Part shown: one piece after another, positions 1 to 12,879 of the stretch
How the letters are laid out: every line of letters starts with the position of its first letter
Numbering within the stretch: position 1 is the first letter of the stretch
Assembly (NCBI GenBank): GCA_020536535.1
Contig: JAHLWZ010000865.1
Span: 1 to 64,000, forward strand
Source of the DNA: Pelomyxa schiedti
Taxonomy: Eukaryota; Protista; Evosea
Direction: 5' to 3'
Length of the DNA: 64,000 nt
Position numbers and translations under genes: made by a program
The notes under the pieces: model-generated
Seen by the model: only the letters and a program-made list of their open reading frames with translations
Told to the model about the DNA's origin: nothing
Database searches by the model: none

Positions 1-87
1 AGAATCACAGTAGCGCTTGCCGGCACCAAAGGGAACTGCACCGCAGATGCGATTGTGGCAGCACTGCCACAGCACCACAATAAATAG
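1..87 (+). CDS. Possible 3' end of an upstream gene (partial)
   Basis: Open frame from base 1 (RITVALAGTKGNCTADAIVAALPQHHNK*) ending TAG at 85-87, followed by a T-rich tract; too short to identify. Confidence 0.3.
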   Translation, partial: RITVALAGTKGNCTADAIVAALPQHHNK

Positions 88-415
88 AACCGATCTGTTG
101 GCCAATCTTTCTTCTTTTCTTCTTTTCTTTTTCTAAACACAACTTGCCCGGCCAGATGCCCACCCTCCCAAAAAGGGTTCCCTTCGGTGAAACAAAAGTT
201 TTCGTCGAATGTTGGTTACTCTCTGCTGCTTAACTTGATCCGTCAGGCCAATAATCAGCGGCGTTTTTGCCAAAACCGGGTTTAGGAGAATCATAAACGA
301 AAAGCCGTTTGTTACCATGTTCAAGTCAGATCCATTTGTTTTCCCTTCCTTTTCCTATTTGTTGACAACGGAAACAACACAAACACGGCTCGTAATACAG
401 CAATCCTACCTTGCA

Positions 416-1921
416 ATGACTAGCAATGGTTGTCCACCCCTCACCTCAGCATTCCCCAGACCCAGAAATAGTCATGATGAGAGGGAATTCACTGTCGAGC
501 TAGATTTCCAAGCACCTGGTGTGGCACCCACCAAATTTGTGCATTCTGGGCACTACCATTCAATGTCCAACCTCGAGACTGGGGAGGTGCATCGTTGGGG
601 TGAATCTGTGCAAGAGGAACCTGCCTTATACCCTGCACCAGGTACTTCGACTTCGGTTCTGTTGCGTCTGAGACTGATTGCCCCGTCAGAGTATGTGGAA
701 ATTGAAATTTCTGCATGTCATAGCCATGATAGACGGCCCTCTTCAGGGAGTTCCAAGATGTCATTTGAAACTTTTCTGTCTATCTTTCACACGCTGCCCA
801 AGGTAGTTTCAAGAATTTGTGAGAATGAAAACAAAACCATTTTGTTTGCTTACATGTCGCTAGAGTGTATCACAAATTATGTTTCGATCAGGGGATATTG
901 ATTCCAATTCTGATCTCCCCCACATGCTCGCGTACTGCAGGTTAGATTCCTCATTATTTTTCCGCGCATTTAGTGCTGTAGGAATAACTCATACAACTAC
1001 GTGGTTCCAAATGTCACATTATCAGGAATTCAATTGACCCCAGCTCTGGCCGATACAGTGCTTTTCCAGCTCTGTTTTTACCCTTCTGATTTTCTTTAGA
1101 TTAAAAGTGACTGTGGCGCCGTCTCTCTATCCCGACTTGCAAATAACAAGTGTGCATCATGCCAAAATACCTTTGCCATCTCATTGTACTTCAGAGATAA
1201 TTGCTATGATTCAATTCAGTCACTCTCTACTGGAACAGGAGCAAGACAACTCTACATTAATATCATTTTTGCTCATGAAACCATTCCCCTCATCCTCGAA
1301 ACGATAGCTGATATTGCACTCGACAGCAGGATTCAAGGAAAAATCGTGGCCCTTCTTCTTGTACTTTGGAAACCAGGTTGTTCTTCTTGCTGGCACGTAC
1401 TTTCTCAAATCCTTTAGGCTCTCCCCCTTCCTTCTATTCATCGCCAAATCGGGAAGACTACGAATCCATTATTGAATGGGCCACGATGAAGGAGGTTCGT
1501 GTGGGTTATGACACTGATGCCGGTCGCAACATATTTACCACAGTGAATGACATCCCTCAATTAATGTACGCAACTGAAGTTGACTGGCAACAATTAACAT
1601 GGAGTAGCAACAATGCAGACATCGAAGATATGTCTCTGCAGCTTGAAGGCTGTAAAAGCATGTCCCGTAATGTGCCTTAATTGATAACAGCGAGGAAACC
1701 TCACAAACACATAGATCTTCATCAACGTGAAAGGAGAGGTCATGCCATGCCCATTCCTGGAGCAGTTTACGCCATGGAACGCGGCCAAGTACAACATATT
1801 GACCTGCAGTAATTTCTTCCAGGACATATGGTACTCTTCGGACGCAGTGCAGTTCCGCGGCGAGATTGCGTCATCCAGTCATGTGCCGGCACGTCAGCGT
1901 TGCAAATATGCCTCCTCCTGA
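416..1921 (+). CDS. Radical SAM/SPASM-like protein with degenerate cluster motif (multi-exon)
   Basis: Joined exons give EYVEIEISAC...KMSFETFLSIFHTLPK, QIMFRSGDIDSNSDL, VVPNVTLSG, CGAVSLS, GCKSMSRNIFINVKGEVMPCPF...FFQDIW...FR. This recalls prokaryotic/phage radical SAM proteins with a SPASM/twitch tail. GT-AG introns, e.g. 1672-1714. Confidence 0.6.
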
Positions 1922-2075
1922 CTTGGCGAGATCTCCATTTTTTATGTTTGTTATACTTCGTAGAAAAAATAATTTTTTTTTTGCATTCGTTTGTCACTTT
2001 ACATCCCATCAAAACGCAGCGAGTGTCAGCGCTTGGCAAACCAATAAATATTTTTTTAAACAAAGCAAGATCGGC

Positions 2076-4954
2076 ATGAGCAACGCTACGTCTCTGACTG
2101 GAGCTTACAGAGAGGCGGGACAACCGTTTGTCTCGCAAACGGCTGCTGAGCCGTTTTTCAACACGTCCTATACGTCCGAGACGGCGGCTCCAAAGACCTC
2201 CTGGACTGTCAAAGTGCTCCACGGGTTGTTGCTGTTCTTGGAATCTTTCTCTTGCTACATAGGATGGGCCACGCACACGGAATTTGTGGCGTCGGTGGCG
2301 AGCTTTACTGTTGCAGGAGTCAGATCTGGCTCCAGTGGTGCACCTGCGTCTATTGGTGCCGCGGCAAGTCTGGCAGCAGGACTTATAACAAGTGCCAGTG
2401 TCGTTATAGGCGGCGTCGATGTCATTTGCAACAAATTTTTGGCACCGTGGTTCTACCCAGTAGGCTCTACATCCCTTTGACATGCAAATCGTACATTTTG
2501 ACCAACTCTTCAAGATACGTGCTGCAGCTACTGTATTGTTACTGCTATCACTCATGAAGAACCACGCTATAAGTGTCTTTCTACTTGGACTAGCTAATTG
2601 CATTTTTTGGACAACACAGGTTTAGTAAAACCATGGGAGTGTGTAATGTTCTCATAGATTGCTGTTATACGACACACTGACCACAAAGAAAGGCATAAAT
2701 GGGGATTTGTCTTCGGACTTTTCTTCCTGGTTACCTTGAGATATTTCATTTTATCACGAGAAGTAAGTTTCGTCGACCCATTTTCGATCTTAGGTTTTCG
2801 TAAATAGCCCCTGTTTTTATATGCCCTCAGCTCGATATTACTGATGGTTTTATTTTGTGCATCCTGCATTGTGTTGTTCCTTATGGATCGCTTTGGTTTT
2901 ATGGGTGTTAACAAGGGAGTACCCAGTGAACAAGTTGAACTCTCATCTTTTGGTAAAACTCCTCCCTCCAAAAATACCGTCAAACAGTTGGGGGAAAATA
3001 AACAGATGACAAAGCGCCTACCCGTGAAGTGGAGCCTGATAGCGAGGAAATTAGTTTAGTTCATCCCCTCACAGACGTTGTTCCTCATAGTGCACGCCAC
3101 ATCCATGGTGTTAACATGGTGCGAGCCGACTTTCTTCCAATGGGAATCAGTGAGGCTGCCATGCTCACTTTAATGACTTTTGCTCTATTGTCACCATATT
3201 TTGGGCCACATTTTTCCCTCACCAGTGCTCAATCAAAGCACTATCTTGCAGGCGCGACTATGTCACTACTTTGCCTGTTTATTGGAATGGGTTACGTTCT
3301 TTCAATCACTATGAAGGTGTAATAACTGAAACCCAGTAATATCACCAATTCTGTCTGGTGTTGTTATTTTCTGGATAATTATGTTCATTATTGGGATTCC
3401 CATGTTTGCACACACAGACAACGTGGCAGGTCTGGTGGGATATTACTTTATTCTTATTGCTCTCCCTCAAGCTTGCATTTATATGTATGTTTCCACCTGC
3501 TTTTTTGTGCTCTAAGTTCTCAATTGTGTAGGTACAATGAAATCAGAGTTACAAAGCACATTCTTGGTTTCATTGTAGTTTTTTTGGTGACTTTTTTCAT
3601 TTTAATATGCTCTGCACTTTCCATGTAATGTATTGTCTGTAAAGAAATCGCACTCACAAGCACTTCACTGCTTCCAACAAAATTATGCATGCTCATGCTT
3701 CACCTTAGATATATATCATATGAGCCGTTCTTGAAAATGTTTGGTGGAATATTTGCTCGGTCTCCTGCTGCTTTCTTGTGGACAGTACTTGTATTAATAC
3801 TGATCTTGCCATCGTACAGGCTTATCCAAGCTCTGATTATGAAGCAGTCCTTGCGGTTTTTCAGCTTTGATATCCACCTGTCTGACTTGCTCTTAGACAA
3901 TTTATTGTTATTAAACTACGTATACCGCTGGACATTATCCTCACATTGGGAACAGTGGGAGTAATCACGTTGGTGATGTTGATTGTTTGGGGAATTGGAC
4001 TGCCACGACCAACGAGTACAACCAGTACAACCTTCACCGTAGCTGTGTACAACGTTCGGCAGTCAATAGATTCCCATGGCAATGAAGCTGTTCGAGCGAT
4101 TCGTGACTGCACAGATGATCTCAACTCTCAAGTGATTGGCTTTACAGAGAGTGACACAATGCACTTCTTTACACAGACAATAGACACTACACTGTGAGTC
4201 CGCAATATAACGGGTTTTTTGGGACTCACCAATTTCTTGCTGACAGATTTGTTGGAGAATTGGAGTCATACCACACATACCGTGGACTTCGCGGGGAAAA
4301 ATCATCACTTGGGTGCTCGTTACTATCATGGTTTCCTCTTAGTGATCAGAAAGCTGAGGTTATGCCGTATTCAAACAAGAAGAATCTTGTTAGACCGTTT
4401 ATTTCAAGTGTGCTTACAATCGGCTTATCCCGTATCCTCTTAGTCGCCTGAATCCTTTCCACCTTTAATTCTGGGCTGTTCCTTTAACTAGCCTAAGACG
4501 TTGTTGTTCAGGCTGTGACTGTGGAATGGTCAGGCACCAGTGAGGAAGACAGTATGGACCAAATACTGTACATAATTGACAGGGTCAATGAAGTTTCATC
4601 ACCAATTGTTCTTTTGGGCACATTTAATGCGGAGCCAGCAAGTCAACAAATTCAAACTCTACTAGCTGGAACAGGGCTCTCTCTTGCAAATGATTTATGC
4701 AGTAAGTAGACAGTTACTTTGGCTTTCTCCCTAAAAAACTTCAATAAAAGGTTCTGAAGGTGTCTATGAGCCTACTTGTTCAGATGGTCGGTGCATAGAC
4801 TTGATTTTTTACAGAAATCTAACAATCAGTGTGTATCAGCCTTCATAAACTCTGCCCGCTATTTATCATCACTACAGTGGACTGTGATGTCAACCCCTAC
4901 TGCGACGATACCGACCACTACCCCGTCAAGGCTACCTTTGTCACCCCAATGTAA
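2076..4954 (+). CDS. Cwh43/PGAP2-interacting-protein-like: multi-TM N-terminus plus C-terminal EEP domain
   Basis: Many hydrophobic exons, then FTVAVYNVRQS...VIGFTESDT...SLGCSLLSWFP...IVLLGTFNAEP...IDLIFYRNL...DTDHYPVKATF*. 5' exon joining is approximate. Confidence 0.7.
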
Positions 4955-5054
4955 AAATTCGAGAGGACTTGACCCACCAAGTGAGAGCATCACTTTTTCT
5001 TCTAATAACATTTCGCGAAATGAAACATTCTTTCACAAAACAAGTAAAAGTGGA

Positions 5055-6026
5055 ATGAATGACCAAACGAAATCGTGGCGTGTGCTCGCTCCGTTGTGTG
5101 TCCTTGTCGGGTTCCTAGTAGCTATGGTTGTGGCGGAGAAAGCCAGTTTTACTGCGGACGAGTGCAGCGCCAAATACAAGAAAGGCGGGCACACTTACAA
5201 CTACACATTTGTGTGTTACTGTCTTTTTTGTTTCATTTTCTCCCCAACTCTGGTTTATGTTATCAAGTTTAACTTGACCCTAGTGGGATTACGAGGGGAC
5301 TGAAGTGTTGTACGTGTTCGAGAAATCTGGGGCGTGGTACACGGCCATGTATTCTGTCTGCGGGGGTGTCTCTGTTGTGGAGGGTAATGTAACACTAGAG
5401 GCACAGGACCAGTACTTTGATAGAACAGACTGGCTGGGGTTTTGGTTTGGCTTTCCTGACGACCTGCAATCCGTTGTGGACATGGAGACTGATGGTGGAG
5501 GACTATTCTTCTTTTTGCTTTACATTATTTTCACTCCTTTGTTCTTCATATTAATTAAACTGTATCTCACTTCTAAAGAGGATTTAAGTACTCTTTCATC
5601 CTTCACTGCACCATACGAAGGGGGTGACAGCGGCTACCCCTGTCACGAAACCCCGCGGTCTGCTACCGTAACACTCTTGTGCAACCAACTGTGTCCTGAG
5701 GCCGTGGGTGCTGCATGTCAAATAGGTACAAGTGCTGGTTGTGTCTGCAGTGTTGATTGGCACGAGTCTTGCGCGTATGCTTACTTGTCTTTGATACCGT
5801 ACTTTATCTAATGCACCTCAGAATTAGCATGACAGTTGCTTTTGACTGCCCAGCCCCAATTGAAGGAGAAACTACCAATGAGGAAGCCGGAAAAATCGCT
5901 GGAATAGTGATACTAAGGTTGCTGTTGCCAATTCCCACTTTTTTTTCACACCAAACCAGTGTTATTCTTGTAGCTATTCTCACCCTCATACTGTTTGTTC
6001 CCATTGGAAAATTATTGGTAAAGTAA
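5055..6026 (+). CDS. Type I membrane protein with MRH (mannose-6-phosphate-receptor homology)-like domain
   Basis: Signal peptide (VLAPLCVLVGFLVAMVVA), YEGGDSGYPCHETPRSATVTLLC...ESCAY...AFDCP, then a C-terminal TM helix. Confidence 0.55.
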
Positions 6027-6070
6027 CCAACTATTGTAAAAAGAATTGAAACCAATGGAAAATCGTTTCT

Positions 6071-7772
6071 CTAAAAGTAGTACAACGAAAGGATGAAGAG
6101 GGTGAAGACCAAAGCAAAGAGCGGTTTGACAAGCACAGAGTCGCTGCTGGATGATGGGGTAGTTGGGTTGTTTGATGATGTGTCCACATGAGAACTCTGG
6201 GCAAGATAGGCAGTGTTGGCAGCTTGTACGACAGCATAGGCATCAAAGACTGATGAGAATGCGGTGCTGTTTTGCATTGGGGTGTTCCTCCGGCCAACGT
6301 TGGAGTACCATACATTCAAGATGTAGGAAACCCCAGGATAAAGCGTGTCAAGGTCATCAATGTCACCAACGGCATCCCACATGGCGGGACCGGGTGCTAT
6401 TGCCAAAGCACGTTGAGTCGTTTTACCATCAACAACTGTTGTCATTAGACCAACTAGCTTAGCACTAACAAGCTGAGCTCTCATCATTTGCTTTCCTGGG
6501 TTTTTGAGTGAGCCTTAGATCGTTTGGTTGTAAGGTACCTATTGTTACAACTTCCATAGCTTCGCCATTGAGAAGAGTCCTAGGAATAATGCCAACGTTG
6601 CCAGGGTATCCAATCCAATCGATATTGACGGGAGTAGTGTCAGAGACTGTTCTGTAAATTCGGCCGTCATCGAGGGACACTTCCCATTTCTCAATATCAC
6701 CACTGGGGCTTGTCACAACTTGATAGACGCTGTAATAGCCAGCAGCAGAGTGATCATAGTAATCGTAATCGCGGTAAAAATCTTCGGTTGGATTGTCAGT
6801 GTTGGTTACTACTATCCCATCTGTAGTGTATCCGTCGGCAAGATACTCCAGGATCGTTGGGCAAGTCTCGGTCACTACAGGTAATGTATGGTCTTCTCCC
6901 GTGTAATTGAGGTACGTTACGCCTCCTATAAGGTAGTTCCAGCCAGTAGTACTGTCATCAGTTCCATAAAATGCCGGGGAACTTCCTATCCCTACGAAAT
7001 TCAGTTAATTGGCAGTGCTATTCCATTGGAAATCCATACCTTTGTAGTTGGAGAAAAACGTTGATAAAATGGCTATAGTGCCAGGAAATTGCTCATCGAT
7101 AATAGCCAATTCATTATAACTGTACATCCCACTGCTGGCGGGTACGGAGATAATGCGGTTGTCAATGGCACCACCGTCAGTAAGAATGAGCACACCAACA
7201 ACTTTACTTATGGGCATTTCTGCCCTGAAATAGCGATCACCAATCAAAAATATTTCAGCAGCACCGTCATCAGAGCCCTCTTTTCACCAAATATCAGAAA
7301 CGCAGAGAGAGTGAAACAGCATATCCGTACTTTCAATAGACCGTGGAACGATCCCAAAGGTGCCAGGATACTGTATGTAGTCTACAGTACGTGGCTTACC
7401 ATCCTTCCACAACCACGTCATTATTCCGGTTGTCTGGTCAGTTGCCCACTTATCATTGGTACCTGTGAGGAAAAAAAAAAAACGTGAGGAAACCATTAAC
7501 AGGAAGATAAACACACCAGAAGGGATTTCAGTGATCATCCTGGTCAATTTATTGGCATCGTCCACAATCGGTGGATACCACAAGAACAAGTTCTGGTCGG
7601 GTTCCGGCGTAAAAATAAAAGTCATCGGTACGCCGTCGGTGTCGTTTATTGCGTAACCCGCTGGAGCCAAGTACGTCTCCCTCGACTCGCAGTCCGTGAG
7701 TATCACTCCATTAATGCAACAAACAGAGGACAAAGCAAGCGCCGCAACCACGACGAGATCTAGACAACGCAT
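6071..7772 (-). CDS. Secreted, membrane/GPI-anchored protein with two tandem family I inorganic pyrophosphatase-like domains (degenerate active sites)
   Basis: Signal peptide. Domain 1: EIPSGTNDKW...DGKPRTVDYIQYPGTFGIVPRS...VVGVLILTDGGAIDNRIISV...FFSNYKG. Domain 2: SPSGDIEKWEV...YPGNVGIIPRTLL. Ser-rich spacer plus hydrophobic C-terminus. Confidence 0.75.
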
Positions 7773-7908
7773 GACTTTTTTTGTTTAAAAATTGTCCCGA
7801 GGTTAAAGCTTAATTTGATGGATCAAACGGTGAAAAACTGTTACTTTTTACGGGTCGTTTACGGTCATTTGAAGTTTGTGATGAACATACGGTAAATTTA
7901 ACGCAGCC

Positions 7909-9082
7909 CTAGGATCTTTTGGTGTTCTTTAATATCTCCTCACGCTCTCTTTCGTAGACACGCAGTTCTGTTGTATGCAGAAAGTTGGTTTTGTCAATGT
8001 ACCTGTGGGGGGTGGTCATTTGAGTGATTGGACAAATGAAGCAAAGTACCCTGAGCCGGATTTTCTTCTTTGTGCAAGCTGATCAGATATTCCTTGCTTC
8101 TTTTGGTATTGCTCCCAGTCGAGTTTGGATTTTTGAAGGGTGGACATTTGCTTTTTCTGAGGCTTCAATATACTCTGAAGACCAGAGTTCCCTCTTGGAA
8201 GATATGTGTTAGGCACATTTCTTGGGAAGGATTAGGGTACCTTTTTTGTGGGAGAAGCTTGGGTTCTGCCTGGTGGAGGGTGGAACGGGTGGTAGATAAT
8301 GTTGTAGAAGATTTTGTGGTTGAAGAAGGTTTAGTAGAGGTCGGAATTGTCTTTGTGACTCTCACTTCTTCCCCCGCATATTCGTACACTTCTGTTATGG
8401 TTACGGGAGTTGAAGACGGATTTGGATTTGGTGAAGGTTTGGGTGTAGAATCTTTTGGAATAGGTTTTTCCGAAGAAGGTGTGGGGGATGAGGTCGGTTC
8501 AGTATGCGTTTGAGGTGAGTTGAGTAATGCAGTTACTGGAACAGTTGGGTTAGGTGGTGAAGTTGGTGTATTAACAGAAGCGGGTGTCTTCTCTGGGGTG
8601 TCGGATTTGATGGTAGTAATTGTTGTACTCGAAGTGTCTGTAGTTTTTACTGAATCAGTTGTATCTCTCTGGGGCACAGGGCGAGACTGCACAGAATGTT
8701 GTTCTGGTGGTGTTTGGGAAATGGGTTTGTTGGGCTATGTTGCAGTTAAAATTCAAAAAAAAGAAAAGAAAACTAAAAAATTAAAAAACCTTTGCCCCTT
8801 GCATTTCCTTCCACATAGCAGTTACTCTTTTTCTTGTTTCTGTTCAAAATTGTAACCCAAAACACCATAAAGTAGTAAGTAGTACCTTCACTGGTCTTGG
8901 TTGTTGATCGAACCTCATCTCTAGCGACAACAAGTCCTTCACATTTAAAACGAACATACAAAAACCACCAATAAATTGCACACTCACCTCCCCTTGTCGC
9001 TCCCACTTTCGCCACTTTCCTCCTCGCTATCGTCGTCGCTCTGAGGCTCGAACTCCTCGTCGTCTTCTTCACTGTCGCTCAT
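7909..9082 (-). CDS. CFDP1: BCNT-C domain protein (CFDP1/Swc5-like, SWR1 complex)
   Basis: Acidic N-terminus MSDSEEDDEEFEP, TEVYEYAGEEVRVTK motif, C-terminal MSTLQKSKLDWEQY...GYIDKTNFL...YERER. Confidence 0.8.
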
Positions 9083-9163
9083 GCCCCCGATAATAATGGA
9101 TAGCTTTTGAAAAGAAACAATCAAGCAGCTACAGGAAAGCGTTTCCTAATCTATTTATTGGGT

Positions 9164-10539
9164 TTACTCTTTTGCCTTTTTAACGGGCAGAGAGAAGCTG
9201 CCGGTGTAGGAGGTGTGCTTGACTTTCTTGTGTTTGCCGGCTTTGTCTGTGGTAGTTTTGCCGGGTTTAGCAGTTGGGGCCTTGGCCTTATCCTTGGACT
9301 TTACTACTGGAGTCTTACCAACAGCAGCGGCAACAGAGGCAGCCTTTTGCTTCTCGAGCCTGTACCTTTCCTCCTGTTCCTCCAGGATAGACTTCCGCAC
9401 ACCCTAGTTAAAGAGATTAGAAGAGAGATTGGGTTCAGAAACTAAGCATGCCTTGCCGCGAGGGAGGGTAATGAGACTCTTGCTTCCCTTTCCAATGCAG
9501 AACACGTTTCCTATTCGGGTGGAGAACTCATGGCCAACGGCGTCCTTCAGGTGGATAATTTCAAAACTACCTGGATGACGCTCGCGTCGCATGATCAACC
9601 CCACACGCCCAAGGTTGTGCCCGCCAGTAACCATAGCCAGGTTACCTATTTTATGGGATGGCATTCAGTATTTATTTTTAACACTTTCTTTTTGGGGGGA
9701 GTACCTATTTCAAACTTGACGAACTCAAGAAGCTCATGAGTCTCAATGTTGTACTTGACTGTGTCATTGGCATGAATTTCGGGGTGTGGGTAGCGGAAAG
9801 TCCTGCCATCATGTGTAGAGATATAAGGAACACCACCTTTCCCTGTGAAACGCTCCCTGACACGAACAAGTTTGTACTGAGGTAAATGTGAGGGAAACAA
9901 GTATGCGGACCTAACAAACCTTTGCCTCTGCATCACTGATCCTGTGAATCACAAAGCGGCCCTTGGTGTCATAAAGGAGACGGAAGTGCTCATGAACACG
10001 GTCAATGGAAATAACATCTAACATAACTTATGATACAAACGCAAAGTTACATCCTTACCCATGAAACCAGCAGGGAAGCACATATCAGTGCGAACTTTGC
10101 CGTCAACTTTTATAAGTTTTTGCATAACAATTGCCAGCACCTCCCTCCTTGTCAACGCATATTTCAGGCGATTCCTGAGCATGATGATCAAAGGAAGGCA
10201 TTCACGGAGCTTGTGTGGGCCACTTGATGGGCGTGGTGCCTAAGGAAGTGAGCACAAATAATAGTAATAAAAGTTTCACAAGAAAGGCATTGCACACCAC
10301 CAACAAAAAGCCATTTTGTGGAAGATAAGAATACCCAAACACCACCAAGCTTATCCAGCATCCAATGTCTTGGCGCATTGATGCGCTTCAAGTGCTTTTT
10401 GGGGCCACGTGCCTGAAAACGTGTGGCTCGTTAGGGTGAAAGGAAACAGCACAAAACAGTTGGTAGTTTCAAGTGCGATACGACGTTTTGGTTGATTTCA
10501 CGTGAAATCTGCGCCACAAGTGTGAGGTGTAGGCACCAT
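9164..10539 (-). CDS. RPS4: 40S ribosomal protein S4 (eS4), 7 exons, with Lys/Ala-rich C-terminal extension
   Basis: M|[26 protein letters not shown]|[16 protein letters not shown]...[15 protein letters not shown]...LPRGK|GVRKSILEE. Five GT-AG introns and one GC-AG intron (9404-9451). Confidence 0.98.
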
Positions 10540-10816
10540 TATCGGTGGTTTTGGATCTCAGAGCCTGGACAGAACAACGATGGAGAGTGGCGGTACGAAA
10601 CGATAAAGATCGGATAGAGAAAAGAAAAGAAATAGACTGACGGGAACCGGGACAACTGCCATACAATCAAACAGTTGCAGAATTTGTTTTCTTTTTATTG
10701 GAAAGAAAGATAGAACAGCACTTGACAAGTCTAGATCCCTGCCGGATGCTTCTGTCGAAATAAGTGCCATCACAAAACCAAAGAAATCTCGTAGCTAAAC
10801 AACCAGGAGCCCGGAG

Positions 10817-11203
10817 ATGCAACGGATCCGTGACCCCAAGAAGCTCGTCAACGGCGCACTCGATGCGATCTGTGTTGGCTCAAAATGTGCGTTGTCCGCT
10901 TTTTCTAGTGACAAACAAATACCGTGACACCTTCGTAACGCACACACAGGCGCCCTGTGTTGCACTCTTTTCTCTCTGTGGGGTGTTGGCATGCTCGTCG
11001 TCTTAGCAGCCAAATTGGACTACCGCGGTGTCTCACTCAACGAAATTGACGAATCCGACATGGCTGGCGCACGCAAGGCGATGTACATCGCGGCTGGTTG
11101 CTATGGACTATTTGTAGTTGGCTGTGGATTAAGGTTTGCCTATCTGCTGCTCGTCAAGCCACGCCTGCACAACCCAAACACCCAGTTGACGGCTTCATTG
11201 TGA
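10817..11203 (+). CDS. RNASEK: RNase kappa / V-ATPase subunit f-like small two-TM protein
   Basis: Two exons give ICVGSKCALCCTLFSLWGVGMLVVL...AMYIAAGCYGL, matching the family pattern CCGPK..CG..LSAWG..ML...CFIAAGLY. Confidence 0.75.
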
Positions 11204-11291
11204 GGGAGCCTTTTTTCTTTTGGATTCCTCACTACTGTACACTGCCTCCTTTCCTTTCTACCTTTGTTTTGTATGAGAGGGTGAAAGCCTT

Positions 11292-12660
11292 TTATGCAAT
11301 GCCAAATACCCTCAGTATCATAGCTGGGGTTTTTGACTTTTTTTTTCCCCCTTTTACATCAATGATAGGTAGTAAATAGGAGCTGTTATGTGTGAAGTGA
11401 GGGTTGTTGAACAGTCCTTCATGTTCACCACCGTGAAGAAGTAATCAGACATATACTGTGCAGATATGAAAGCCTCTGTGCTATCATCACTGAGTACAAG
11501 TCCTCCTTCCTCTGTGGGAGTTGTAAGGCTTTCTGTTTTCGTGTTAGTCAGTGAAAGTACCTGTTATTCCGCCTTGTGTTGGGCACAGGTCAATTGGTTC
11601 TCCTAGAAATAGGACTGAGTTGTAGTTTAGGCAGGGTAATTTCACTGACCTGTGGTCATATCAATGTATGCTATCTGTGAGCCAGTAGCCGCTAGTAACC
11701 TCCCATTGGTGTTATCATAGGCTAGGCACGTCTCATCTGTTGCAGATGGAACCTGTGGGGTTTTTAGTATTGCTACTGGAGGATTGGAGGAGAAACTTCG
11801 TGTTCAATTTCATCCTTGTTGAGGCTAACAAATACATAGCTGTCAGTATACGATGTTCCGTTTTTCATATCGTATATGTGGATGTACTAGATACCGTTAC
11901 AGGTGAAAAACGTAGTTGGATTGCATGCCTCACGGTCCACTTGATTCCATCTATTCCCAGGTGAGAGAAGGGATATTGAACAGGTATCTTACGCTACTGC
12001 GGAGACAAAGTAGCCAACAACTTGTGGCACGGATGCCTCACAGTCACAAGTTCCGGCATCTTCATTCACTTTGCAAATGCAGGCCCCACCATAAACAGGA
12101 TTCATATAAGTAGCATACCTTTTTAAAAAGGTCATGTTAGTCAGACATGCTAACATGAGTGTTTCTACAAGGAGTCAGAAAAGCTATCAAATACGAGCCC
12201 CTCCAGATCCGAAACAGCTATTGAGGTTACTCTGGTCACTTCTCCAGATGTGAGATTATATGATGTTATTCGCATTTTCCCTGATCCCGATGATACAAGC
12301 TTATACTCCTTTTGTGTTTTGGTTGTTTTGTTGAGTTTGCAAAGTATCAAGAAACCCAGAACGAACTTGTGTGTTCCTATCCACAGTTCCGCCCAAGGGT
12401 ATAACACCAGGCAGTGTGGCCAGAATAGTTTGGGCGCCAGTGGCGCCGTCCATTACGACAATGTTAGCTGCATAACTGCAAGCGAGGTTAGTGACAGTGA
12501 TTGTTAGTGAGTACCTCACTTACTCGGGAGAAACAGGGAAAGTAACACCAGCAAGCAATTTACTCTCAATAAATGACAATAGCATCCCAACAATAAACAG
12601 CCGACGCAACAGTACACATGACACGTTGAAGGTCATTTCTTGGGTTTTTCGAAAATGCAT
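11292..12660 (-). CDS. Hypothetical secreted beta-rich (propeller-like) protein, multi-exon
   Basis: Hydrophobic N-terminal segment and beta-strand-like exons (e.g. ITSYNLTSGEVTRVTSIAVSDLEGLVFDS) joined by GT-AG introns; ends approximate. Confidence 0.45.
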
Positions 12661-12879
12661 TTGCAGATTTCCCATTTCCTTACCAAGAGAGGCGATTCTC
12701 AGTATCTGATCCTCCCTCCTAGGCGTAGAAGATCGCCCGAGTTGTGTTTTTTTCTTTTTACCAAACAAACAACTAGTTCGGCAGAGAAGACACTCGCACA
12801 TTGCGATGGCCGGGGTGCGCTATCAGCGAGGGAACAAGTTGGTTCTCTCCCCTTGCTGTCACTCCCCCATGCTGGTGGG

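Noticed and set aside
1767-2603. 278-aa minus-strand ORF
   Set aside because: Antisense shadow of two plus-strand genes; no recognisable motifs.
10413-10536. Longer RPS4 intron 1 with palindrome GATTTCACGTGAAATC as an intronic snoRNA
   Set aside because: No clear C/D or H/ACA boxes seen; could be a chance or promoter palindrome.
10620-10700. Weak inverted repeat between RPS4 and RNASEK
   Set aside because: Pairing rests mainly on low-complexity A-rich/T-rich runs.
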